41,081 nucleotides of DNA from Armatimonadota bacterium (GCA_016868955.1 VGFF01000001.1:1-41081); one strand, 5' to 3'. Shown: positions 1 through 8,127, counted from the first letter of the stretch. Notes: generated by a model not told the origin, from the letters alone. Made by a program: numbers and translations.

Positions 1-159
1 CGATGTGAGGTGGTCGCGGGGGAGCCGCGGCCGTCGAGCGACGTCGACCTCGTTCGTTGGTTCCCGCTGCGCCGCGTTCCCCGGATCGCGTTCCAAAACG
101 GCATCGAGGCGGTGCGCGCGCTGCGCTGTCAGCTCGAAAGCCGCCGAAGGGGCGTTTGA
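1..159 (+). CDS. 3' end of an unidentified protein-coding gene (partial, runs off the left edge)
   Basis: Frame 1 is open from base 1 to TGA at 157-159, with GC-rich third codon positions (...VDLVRWFPLRRVPRIAFQNGIEAVRALRCQLESRRRGV*). It is too short for the ORF track. No family was recognised. It converges on selD. Confidence 0.4.
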   Translation, partial: RCEVVAGEPRPSSDVDLVRWFPLRRVPRIAFQNGIEAVRALRCQLESRRRGV

Positions 160-177
160 ACCCACCCGTCCTGCGTG

Positions 178-1239
178 CTAGACGCAAACCTCGATTCGAC
201 CCGGGCTCGCCGCGACCGCGGCGGCCACCTCACCAATTTCGGCTACCCATTCGACGCCTTCCCGCCGCATGGCGGCCAGGAGCGACGGCAGTCGGTCTTC
301 GGCGACGGCGATGAGCAGCCCGCCGCTCGTCTGCGCGTCGCACAGGATCGTGCGCTGCAGATCCGTCACGGCATCGGACCAAGCGACATAAGTATCGGCC
401 AGCCGGCGGTTGCGCATCGTACCGCCGGGCACGACGCCGGCGCGGGCGAGGTTCCAAGCCGCGTCGATCACCGGCACAGCGCCTGCGCGCAACCGGGCTG
501 CGACCCCGGACCCGGTCGTCATCTCGTGGAGATGCCCGATGAGCCCGTAGCCCGTTACGTCCGTGCACGCGTGGACGCCGACCTCGGTCATGGCGTGGGA
601 GGCGGCGTCGTTGAGCCGGAGCATGACGCGGATCGCTTCTGCAACGGCGGCGGCGGGGGTTTGCGCCCGCTTGATCCCAGTGGTAAGGACGCCGAGTCCA
701 AGCGGTTTGGTGAGGATGAGCCGGTCCCCCGGCCGTGCGCCCGCGTTCGTGAGGACCCGATCCGGGTGCACGCGCCCGGTCACCGCGTAGCCAAACTTGG
801 GCTGCGGATCGTCGATGGAGTGCCCGCCCGCGACGACCACGCCGGCTTCGGTCATCTTCGATAGCCCGCCCCGGACGATTTCGGCGACGATCTCGTCGGC
901 GAGACGACCGGCCGGAAAGGCCAGGAAGTTCAGCGCCAGGAACGGCTGGGCGCCCATGGCGTAGACATCCGAGAGGCTATTGGCGGCCGCGATAGCTCCG
1001 TATGCATGCGGATCATCGACCACGGGCGTGAAGATGTCGACGGTCTGCACGATCGCTTCGGTCGGCGACAGACGATAGACGGCGGCGTCGTCCGACGTAG
1101 AGACCCCGACCAGCAAGTTCGGATCCCGAACCGCCGGGAGCTGCGCGAGCACCTTGTCTAGGTCCTCCGGACCCAGCTTGGATGCTCAGCCGGCGCAGTC
1201 GACCAGGCTTGTCAGTCGGACTCGTTCCCGCTCGGTCAC
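178..1239 (-). CDS. selD: Selenide, water dikinase (selenophosphate synthetase) SelD, a selenoprotein with an in-frame UGA at 1186-1188
   Basis: ORF 178..1152 carries SelD motifs throughout (DPNLLVG, DDAAVY, AANSLSDVYAMGA, GGHSIDD, TKPLGLGV, TDVTGYGL, PGGT, CDAQTSGGLL). The same frame continues upstream through a single TGA to GTG 1239, which has GGAG 5 nt upstream. This adds VTERERVRLTSLVDCAG-U-ASKLGPEDLDK, the Gly-rich catalytic loop, with the UGA at the position of E. coli SelD Cys17. Confidence 0.85.
1158..1176 (-). other. Candidate bacterial SECIS hairpin downstream of the selD UGA
   Basis: The mRNA reads UGA GCAUCCAAG CUGGGUCC-GGA-GGACCUAG. This gives an 8-bp stem (one G-U pair) that starts 9 nt after the UGA. 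The G-rich apical loop begins about 18 nt after the UGA. Confidence 0.45.
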
Positions 1240-1307
1240 CGTTGCTCCAATTCTGCCACCAAAATGGCTGCGTGGGCTGCCCGCCGAACCCGAGAAACCG
1301 CTTTTCG

Positions 1308-1352
1308 ATTCGCGAATTGCGCGTTTTCATTGCTGGGTACGACCTCTATAGT
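1308..1352 (+). promoter_or_regulatory. Putative lysR promoter with an upstream 10-bp palindrome
   Basis: There is a perfect palindrome ATTCGCGAAT at 1308-1317. A -35-like TTTTCA sits at 1324-1329, followed by a 17-nt spacer and a -10 TATAGT at 1347-1352. The ATG at 1362 lies only 9 nt after the -10 and has no SD, so the mRNA is possibly leaderless. Confidence 0.35.
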
Positions 1353-1361
1353 AAAAACAAG

Positions 1362-2288
1362 ATGCTCAACGTTCATCAACTAAAGATCTTTCATACGGTT
1401 GCCCGGGCCGGTTCCTTCTCCCGAGCAGCTGAGGAGCTGCGAATCACGCAGCCTTCGGTGAGCATCCAGGTGCGAGAGCTGGAACGCACACTGGGCGTTG
1501 AGTTGTTCGATCAAATCGGCAAGCGGATCTTCCTCACCGAGGCCGGCAAGATTCTCGAAGACTACGCCGTCCGCGTGCTCGGCTTGTTGAACGAAGCCGA
1601 GCACGCAATTCGCGACGTCAAGGGTGCGACCGGCGGTCACCTGCGCGTGGGCGCGACGTCAGTGCCGGGCGTCTACCTATTGCCTCCGGTCCTCGGCCAA
1701 CTCCGCGAACGTCTCGCGAACACCGAGGTCACGCTCGAAATCGGCTTTGCGCGCCCCATCCAAGAGCGCCTGCTGCGAAACGAGCTCGACATCGCCGTCC
1801 TCGGCGGCGGACAACGCCACGAGGCGCTCGTGCACACGGCGTACCGAACCGACGAGATGGCCGTCGTCGCGGCACCGCGCAATCCCCTGGCGTCGCGCCG
1901 CGATCTGGCCGCGAACGATCTTGCGCGCGAGCGCTTGATCTTCCGGGAGCGCGGATCCGGCATGCGCGACGCGATCGATCAGGCGTTTGAGGCGCAAGGC
2001 CTCTCGCCGCTGCCGGCGATGGAGCTCTCCAGCATCGAAGCGATTATCCACGCGGTCACGGCGGATCTCGGCGTCAGCATTCTTTCTCATTTCGCTGTCG
2101 AAGAAGCGGTGCAGCGCGGCCACCTCGCGATCGTGCCGGTCTCCGACTTCCATCCGCGTCAGACCTTGTGGATCGTCCGGCACCGGGAGAAGCGCATGTC
2201 TTCGGTGGCGCGTGCGCTCCTCGACCTGCTGGCGGAAACCAGTCCGCCGGCCGCGAACGTGTCCACGGTTACTCCGGCAACGGCATAG
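1362..2288 (+). CDS. LysR-family transcriptional regulator
   Basis: The N-terminal HTH reads MLNVHQLKIFHTVARAGSFSRAAEELRITQPSVSIQVRELE, followed by a LysR substrate-binding-like C-terminal domain. The internal ATG at 1362 was chosen over the ORF-track start at 1182, which would overlap selD. The gene is divergent from selD. Confidence 0.85.
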   Translation: MLNVHQLKIFHTVARAGSFSRAAEELRITQPSVSIQVRELERTLGVELFDQIGKRIFLTEAGKILEDYAVRVLGLLNEAEHAIRDVKGATGGHLRVGATSVPGVYLLPPVLGQLRERLANTEVTLEIGFARPIQERLLRNELDIAVLGGGQRHEALVHTAYRTDEMAVVAAPRNPLASRRDLAANDLARERLIFRERGSGMRDAIDQAFEAQGLSPLPAMELSSIEAIIHAVTADLGVSILSHFAVEEAVQRGHLAIVPVSDFHPRQTLWIVRHREKRMSSVARALLDLLAETSPPAANVSTVTPATA

Positions 2289-2306
2289 CGAGGGAGCGCC
2301 CGGCGC

Positions 2307-2690
2307 GTGACCTTCGAGATCCTCGAGCATACGGCCGAGGTGGGCTTGTTGGTTCGGGCGCCGACGCTCGCCGTTGATTGGCTGAACGAGCTCCTCTACC
2401 TTCACGACCGCGACGGCATGCTGGCGGCCGCCGTCGACGTGGAGCGCTCCAGCGAGACGTTCGTAGAAGCTTCGGTGCGCGGAGAGCGTTTCGACGCGGC
2501 GAAGCACGATCAACTGCTGGAAGTGAAGGCCGCGACCTACCATCAGCCGGAGGTGAAGCGAGGCGACGACGGTTGGACCGCCCGCGTGTACCTCAATATC
2601 TGGGCGCAGGGGTCCCCGCCTCGATCGGGAATTCTCGTCCATCATGATCGAGCTGAAGAGGCTACGCGAAGAACCGGAACTCTACCGTGA
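2307..2690 (+). CDS. Archease-like protein, internally shortened and C-terminally extended (possibly degenerate)
   Basis: The N-terminus FEILEHTAEVG matches the archease (F/Y)EHTAD(I/V)G motif. The C-terminal part LNELLYLHDRDG...EVKAATYHQPEVKR..GWTARVYLNI matches the archease C-terminal half. About 35-40 residues between these parts are missing relative to remembered archeases. A low-GC3 tail runs 47 nt into serS. Confidence 0.55.
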   Translation: MTFEILEHTAEVGLLVRAPTLAVDWLNELLYLHDRDGMLAAAVDVERSSETFVEASVRGERFDAAKHDQLLEVKAATYHQPEVKRGDDGWTARVYLNIWAQGSPPRSGILVHHDRAEEATRRTGTLP

Positions 2691-3948
2691 AGCGTTGCGC
2701 AAGAAGCGTCGCGATCCGGCGCTAGCCGAGTCGGCGCTCATGGCGGACCGCGAATGGCGGGACGCACTCCAGAAAATGGAGACGCTGCGCGCCGACCAGA
2801 ACCGCGCAAGCGCGGCGGTTCCGAACCTGCGCGCCGAGGAGCGACCGGCGCGACTCGCCGAGCTGCGCGCGCTGTCGGCCGAGCTGAAGACCTTGGAGCC
2901 CGTCGTGCGCGAGCGCAAGAAAGCGCTCGATCGGGTGTTGATGCGGATCCCCAATCCGCCTCACGCCAGCGTTCCCGAGGGCGCGGACGGCAATGACAAT
3001 GTGACGCTGCGCCAATGGGGAGAGCGGCCCGCCTTTCCGTTTCCGCCGCGCGACCACGTCGAGATCAGCCTGGCACTGGACGTCGTCGACTTCGAGCGGG
3101 CCGCGCGCGTCGCGGGCACGCGGTCCTACTATCTGAAGAACGAAGCCGTTCTCCTGCAGCACGGGCTCGTTCGATTCGCCATGGAATTCCTCGTCCAACA
3201 GAACTTCGTCCCCGTGTTGACGCCCACCATGGTCCGACGTGCCGTCGTGGTCGGCACGATGGGCGGGCCGGGCCTCGACGAACAAATGGTCTACCGCATC
3301 GAGGATGAAGACCTGGCGCTCACGGGAACGTCCGAGGTGCCGCTGGTCGCGATGCACATGGACGAAGTTCTCGACGCCGCCAGCTTGCCGCTCCGCTACG
3401 TCGGCTACTCTCCTTGTTATCGTCGAGAGGCTGGTGCGCACGGGCGCGATAGCAAGGGACTGTTTCGCGTGCACCAGTTCGACAAGGTCGAGATGGTGTC
3501 GTTCACGCGGCCCGACGAGTCGTGGCCGGAGCACGATCGGCTCCTGGCGCTCGAGGAGCGCATCATGCAAGCGCTGGCGCTGCCATACCGCGTCGTCGAC
3601 ATCTGCGGCGGCGATCTGGGCGACCCTGCGGCGAAGAAGTACGATATCGAAGCGTGGATGCCCGGCCGCGGCGACTACGGCGAGACCCACTCCTGCAGCA
3701 ACTGCACCGACTATCAAGCACGTCGCCTCGCGATCCGGTTTCGGGATGGCGGCAATGTGGAGACGTTGCACACGCTCAACGGTACGGCCATCGCGACGAC
3801 CCGCGCGATCCTGGCCATCCTCGAGAACGGACAGCAAGCGGATGGCAGCGTTCGCATTCCCGATGCCCTCGTTCCTTACGTCGGCTTCGCCGCGATCGAA
3901 CCGCGCCGTCGCAGCGCCGCGTCGCCGACCGCGAAGGAGGTTTCGTGA
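2644..3948 (+). CDS. serS: Seryl-tRNA synthetase
   Basis: The N-terminal coiled-coil arm begins MIELKRLREEP. Class II motifs are present (YSPCYRREAG, FRVHQFDKVE, HTLNGTA). Confidence 0.95.
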   Translation: MIELKRLREEPELYREALRKKRRDPALAESALMADREWRDALQKMETLRADQNRASAAVPNLRAEERPARLAELRALSAELKTLEPVVRERKKALDRVLMRIPNPPHASVPEGADGNDNVTLRQWGERPAFPFPPRDHVEISLALDVVDFERAARVAGTRSYYLKNEAVLLQHGLVRFAMEFLVQQNFVPVLTPTMVRRAVVVGTMGGPGLDEQMVYRIEDEDLALTGTSEVPLVAMHMDEVLDAASLPLRYVGYSPCYRREAGAHGRDSKGLFRVHQFDKVEMVSFTRPDESWPEHDRLLALEERIMQALALPYRVVDICGGDLGDPAAKKYDIEAWMPGRGDYGETHSCSNCTDYQARRLAIRFRDGGNVETLHTLNGTAIATTRAILAILENGQQADGSVRIPDALVPYVGFAAIEPRRRSAASPTAKEVS

Positions 3949-4493
3949 ATCCAGAGCTCCAAGCACGGCTCGCGGAAGGGGAACGCCTCCTAGATGAAGG
4001 CGCGCTCGAGGAAGCCGAACGAGCGCTGCGGCAAGCCATCGCGATCGACGTCCGGTATGCGCCGGCGCACAGCAAGCTCGGCGTGACCTTGGCGCGCAGC
4101 AAGCGGTACGACGAAGCGATCGAGTGCTTCCGGGACGCCTTGGAAGTCGATCCGCTATTCGCGGCGGCCTACTCGAATCTTGGGAATGTGTACTACGAGC
4201 AGAACCGCGAAAGCGACGCGATCGCGGCCTACAAGAAGGCGGTCGAGGTCGATCCAGACTATTGGATCGGGTATCAGAATCTCGCCGCCGTGTACAAAAA
4301 GCAAGGCAACTATCACGAGTTCGTCCGCAACATGAAGAAGGCAACGGGATTGTCGGCGCGCGCACCGGAGCGCCGATCATGGTCAGGGGAAACGCCGGCG
4401 AGCGGCGGCGGCAAGCGCCGGCGATGGGGATGTCTGCCTGGGGCCGCCATCCTCGCGATTGCGGCAACCGCTGCCTGGCTGCGGTTCTCGTAG
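3945..4493 (+). CDS. TPR-repeat protein with a C-terminal hydrophobic anchor
   Basis: GTG 3945 overlaps the serS stop (GTGA) and has GAAGGAGG 4 nt upstream. TPR-like repeats are present (AHSKLGVTLARSKRYDEAIECFRDALEVDP, AYSNLGNVYYEQNRESDAIAAYKKAVEVDP). The tail is hydrophobic (AAILAIAATAAWL). Confidence 0.7.
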   Translation: MNPELQARLAEGERLLDEGALEEAERALRQAIAIDVRYAPAHSKLGVTLARSKRYDEAIECFRDALEVDPLFAAAYSNLGNVYYEQNRESDAIAAYKKAVEVDPDYWIGYQNLAAVYKKQGNYHEFVRNMKKATGLSARAPERRSWSGETPASGGGKRRRWGCLPGAAILAIAATAAWLRFS

Positions 4494-4529
4494 CATTCTT
4501 CGACGCGAGCCTTCGGTCGAGCCGGTCGG

Positions 4530-5831
4530 TTAGGCGCCGGGGCCGGGCGTCGGACCTGTGTCGGCCGAAGTGTCACGCCCGTGGCCGGCATCGTCGGCGG
4601 AGGCGTCGCTCGGCCGGCGTTCGGCGGGCCGGTCAGCCCCCAGTTCGGTGCGGATCCGAATCAAGTACATGAGGTCGGATCGCGTAAGCAGCCCTTCCAG
4701 CTCACCGTGATCGCCCATTACCAGCAGTCTACCGACGTTGGCGCGCAGCATCCGCGCCAACGCTTCGTAGGCGCTCGTTCCGGTGCGGACGGTTTGCGCG
4801 CGCGCGATCGGCGTCATCACGTCGCGCACACGTAGATCGCTCCAGGTGTCGCGTGGGTGCGGCTTAATGTCGTGCAGCGTGACGATTCCGACGACGCGGT
4901 CTCCGTACGAAACGGGGTACCCGCCGTGCTTGTGTCGGAGAAAGTGATCCATGACCGCTTGCTCGACGGACAGCGATTGCTCGATCGTGATGACCTCTGT
5001 CGTCATGACGTCGCGCACGCGCACCCCGCGTAGGGCGTTGCGCAGCAGCAATTGCTGGTACGATGCGCCGGCTCCATGATCGAGGAACCAGCCGATCAAG
5101 ATCATCCAGATACCCTGGATCAGCTGCCCGCCCAAGACGGTGACGACGCCTAAAACGATCAGCAAGTTCGCGGCGATCCGGCCGAGTCCGCTGGCGATGC
5201 GGGTCGCCTGCTCCAATCCCAGGAAGCGCCAGAGCACGGCACGTAGGATCCGGCCGCCGTCGAGGGGGAGGGCCGGAAGCAAGTTGAAGCCGCAGAGGAT
5301 CAGGTTCGCCAGGGATAGGTATTCCATCAGGATCGCCGCTGGCACGCGTTGACCATGGGGCGTGATCAGCCAGAAGAACCCGGCGAGGAAGAAGGACGTG
5401 ATCGGTCCCGCGATCGCGATCCAAAACTCCTGGCGCGGATCCTCGGGCTCGCTCGTGATCTGCGCGACCCCGCCGAAGAGGAACAATGTGATGCTGCGCG
5501 TCGCGATGCGAAAGTGACGCGCGGCCAGCGCGTGTCCAAGTTCGTGCAGCATAACCGACAGGAACAACAGGACGGCGCCTGTGATGCCCATCGACCAATA
5601 CAGATTCGCCGGCAAATTCGGCATTTGTGCAGGGAATACGCCGCGCGCCAGCGTCATCGAGATGACGCCCAGCGCGACGAACCAGGTCAGGTGGATTTGG
5701 ACCGCTATCCCGGCAATCCGGCCGATCTTGATGGCGCCGCCCACGGATTCCCTCGCGACTTCGATGAGTCTCGCTTTCCCAGGGTACGGTAATTCAGGGA
5801 CGCCGGACAGCGCGGACGGCTGTGTTACCAT
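4530..5831 (-). CDS. Site-2 protease family (M50) zinc metalloprotease with a C-terminal CBS pair
   Basis: HELGH and NLLPALPLDGG motifs lie in a multi-TM N-terminal part. Two CBS-like modules follow (VRDVMTTEV..., VRDVMTP...). The ATG at 5831 was chosen because the longer ORF-track start would overlap trxA. Confidence 0.85.
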   Translation of the reverse strand: MVTQPSALSGVPELPYPGKARLIEVARESVGGAIKIGRIAGIAVQIHLTWFVALGVISMTLARGVFPAQMPNLPANLYWSMGITGAVLLFLSVMLHELGHALAARHFRIATRSITLFLFGGVAQITSEPEDPRQEFWIAIAGPITSFFLAGFFWLITPHGQRVPAAILMEYLSLANLILCGFNLLPALPLDGGRILRAVLWRFLGLEQATRIASGLGRIAANLLIVLGVVTVLGGQLIQGIWMILIGWFLDHGAGASYQQLLLRNALRGVRVRDVMTTEVITIEQSLSVEQAVMDHFLRHKHGGYPVSYGDRVVGIVTLHDIKPHPRDTWSDLRVRDVMTPIARAQTVRTGTSAYEALARMLRANVGRLLVMGDHGELEGLLTRSDLMYLIRIRTELGADRPAERRPSDASADDAGHGRDTSADTGPTPGPGA

Positions 5832-5930
5832 GGGCCGGGCGGGAATAGTGCAGTGCGTTCCCGCGTTTCCACGATTCGGAGAAAATCCGCGGGCGGTCGT
5901 CCAGGTTTCGTGTCGAGGGAGGTGCGGGAT

Positions 5931-6269
5931 ATGGCAGGTAAGCCGTTCGAGACAACGGACGCGAAGTTCGAAAACGAGGTTCTGAAGTCGCAAACGCCCG
6001 TGGTTGTGGACTTCTGGGCGACCTGGTGTGGACCTTGTCGGATGATCGCGCCCATCGTCGAGGAGCTCGCGGGTGAGCTGGAGGGGCGCGTGGGCTTCGC
6101 GAAGCTCGACGTCGACCACAATCCCGGAACCGCGATGAAGTACAACGTGATGTCGATTCCAACGCTCGGCGTCTTCAAGGACGGCAAGCTCGTCGATCGC
6201 ATCATCGGCTACATGCCGAAGGCGCAGTTGAAGCAGAAGATCGAAACGGCGCTGACCTCCGTCGCCTAG
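5931..6269 (+). CDS. trxA: Thioredoxin
   Basis: The sequence VVVDFWATWCGPCRMIAP carries the WCGPC active site. The product is 112 aa, and GAGGGAGG lies upstream of ATG 5931. Confidence 0.95.
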   Translation: MAGKPFETTDAKFENEVLKSQTPVVVDFWATWCGPCRMIAPIVEELAGELEGRVGFAKLDVDHNPGTAMKYNVMSIPTLGVFKDGKLVDRIIGYMPKAQLKQKIETALTSVA

Positions 6270-6339
6270 TTCCGCCGGGGCAAGCGAGTTGACGATCGGC
6301 TTCGCAGTCGACCGGGAGACTAACGGCGCATAGGCGAAG

Positions 6340-6370
6340 GAGCCCGGCCGCGGACGGCGGGCTCGTTTTT
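6340..6370 (+). terminator. Intrinsic terminator after trxA
   Basis: The stem GAGCCCG ... CGGGCTC (extendable, with a bulge) is followed by GTTTTTC. Confidence 0.7.
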
Positions 6371-6392
6371 CATTCTCCCTGTTTCGGTGGTG

Positions 6393-6695
6393 CTAGGCAC
6401 TGGCCGTGTCCATGTACTTGCGCGCGAATTGCGTCACGAACGGAATTTCGAAACGCTCCCCGCGATTGTCCTTCATTGCGTAGAGGATCGACAGCACGAA
6501 CCAAGCGAGCCACAGCAGCGGGAGCAACGGCAGGAGGAAGAGAAACAGCACGCCGACGAGCGGAATCGCCCCGAGAATCGACGCGAAGATCGATAATGCG
6601 AAGCTAATGACCGCGACGCCCAATCCGAAGAACAAACCCTGGCATCCGTGATTCCGCATGAAGGCGTTCTTCTTGAGGGCGGACACGACGATCAC
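6393..6695 (-). CDS. Small multi-TM membrane protein, DUF4870-like
   Basis: The segment ...KKNAFMRNHGCQGLFFGLG...YAMKDNRGERFEIPFVTQF resembles my recollection of the DUF4870 pattern. The frame stays open upstream and encodes a further TM helix (LLTALAHPIWIIAF) without any ATG, GTG or TTG. The true start may therefore be the ATA at 6764, which is preceded by GGGGAGGGG. Confidence 0.6.
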   Translation of the reverse strand: MIVVSALKKNAFMRNHGCQGLFFGLGVAVISFALSIFASILGAIPLVGVLFLFLLPLLPLLWLAWFVLSILYAMKDNRGERFEIPFVTQFARKYMDTASA

Positions 6696-7048
6696 GAACG
6701 CAATGATCCAGATCGGGTGCGCGAGCGCTGTGAGAAGACGGTTCTCGTCGGCTACGGACTCTATGGCACCCCTCCCCGCAGTGTAATTACCAGTCCCTTT
6801 TTCGGCTCGCGGCGCGTGATCCTCTCCGATCTCGCGTCGGCGGGCGCCATTTCCGTACGATTTGGTGGTTACTGCAGCCAGCGATCCTCGCCGCCGGCGT
6901 GCGGCGCGGTCTCGCGGGGATCGGATTCAGGCGTCATCGTCACGACCAGCGCGAGGCAGAAGAGGATGGTGGTCCAGAAGATCACGGGCTCGACCACGAC
7001 GAAAACCCCCCATGCACACTATCGGCATGGGAGATCGAAGCCTTGAGC

Positions 7049-7990
7049 TTACTCGTTTGCGCCTAGCCAACGCTCGGCTTCCATGGCGGCTTGACAGCCG
7101 TAACCGGCCGCGGTGATCGCTTGCCGGAAAACGTGGTCGTGCAAGTCCCCGGCCGCGAACACACCGTCTACGCTCGTCATCATCCCGGACCGCAACCGAA
7201 TGTATCCCGTGTCTTCGAGCTCGACGTGTCCTTTCAGAAACTCCGTATTTGGGATGTGTCCAATCGCCACGAAGATGCCGTCCGCAGAGACGGCGCGGGT
7301 CTCGCCGTTGCGCACGTCCCGCAGTCGCGCGCCGGTCACCTTGGATTCCTGTCCCAGCACCTCATCGACGACCTGATGCCACTCGAAACGGATCTTTTCG
7401 TGCCGCATCGCCCGGTCTTGCATGATCTTGCTGGCGCGCAGATCGCCTCGCCGGTGCACGACGGTCACGGAGGAAGCCAGGTTTGCGAGGTAGAGCGCTT
7501 CCTCTATCGCCGTGTCACCGCCGCCAACGACGATGATCGGTTTGTTGCGGAAGAAGAATCCGTCGCACGTCGCGCAGCTCGAGACCCCGAACCCGAGATA
7601 CCGCTGCTCCGAAGGGATACCCAGCCACTTCGCCCGGGCGCCGGTGGCGAGGATGACGGCCCGGCCCTCATGCCAGGCGGCGCCGCCGACCTCCAGTCGG
7701 AAGGGACGCCGCGTGAAGTCGATGTTCGTCACGTCGTCGGTCACGAACTCGGTGCCGACGCGCTCGGCTTGCTCGCGCATCTGCTGCATGAGCTGAGGTC
7801 CGAGGATGCCGTCCCGAAAGCCAGGGTAGTTTTCAACTTCCGTCGTGAGCATCAATTGTCCGCCCGCCTGGCTGCCTTCGATAACCAAGGGGCCGAGATT
7901 TGCTCGCGCCGCGTAGATGGCGGCGGTCAAGCCTGCCGGGCCTGACCCGACGATGATGACATTGCGCACGTTCCTGGCCTCCATTCCCAA
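7049..7990 (-). CDS. trxB: Thioredoxin-disulfide reductase
   Basis: The protein has GSGPAGLTAA (FAD), the CATCDG redox centre and GGGDTAIEEA (NADPH). The start is either TTG 7990 or, more likely, ATG 7984. Confidence 0.95.
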   Translation of the reverse strand: MGMEARNVRNVIIVGSGPAGLTAAIYAARANLGPLVIEGSQAGGQLMLTTEVENYPGFRDGILGPQLMQQMREQAERVGTEFVTDDVTNIDFTRRPFRLEVGGAAWHEGRAVILATGARAKWLGIPSEQRYLGFGVSSCATCDGFFFRNKPIIVVGGGDTAIEEALYLANLASSVTVVHRRGDLRASKIMQDRAMRHEKIRFEWHQVVDEVLGQESKVTGARLRDVRNGETRAVSADGIFVAIGHIPNTEFLKGHVELEDTGYIRLRSGMMTSVDGVFAAGDLHDHVFRQAITAAGYGCQAAMEAERWLGANE

Positions 7991-8018
7991 CTAGTTGGGG
8001 CAACCTGGTTGGGGCAAC
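7986..8018. promoter_or_regulatory. Operator-like repeat cluster at the trxB 5' end
   Basis: A perfect palindrome CCCAACTAGTTGGG lies at 7986-7999. Two direct copies of the internally palindromic 11-mer GTTGGGGCAAC lie at 7994-8004 and 8008-8018, a 14-bp period. Confidence 0.4.
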
Positions 8019-8127
8019 GTTCCGCGAGCCCGACTCATTTCGCGAGGCCTGGTCCAAGAATTGCTCGTTCGGCTAAGATCGGATCCCAGCGCCGAATCTA
8101 AAGATACTAGTTTTTGGAGGCTTTGCC

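Noticed and set aside
2722-4467. A 581-aa ORF on the minus strand, covering serS and the TPR gene
   Set aside because: It is antisense to a perfectly conserved serS. The product is an Arg/Pro/Ser-rich low-complexity string typical of off-frame ORFs in high-GC DNA, and no motif was recognised.
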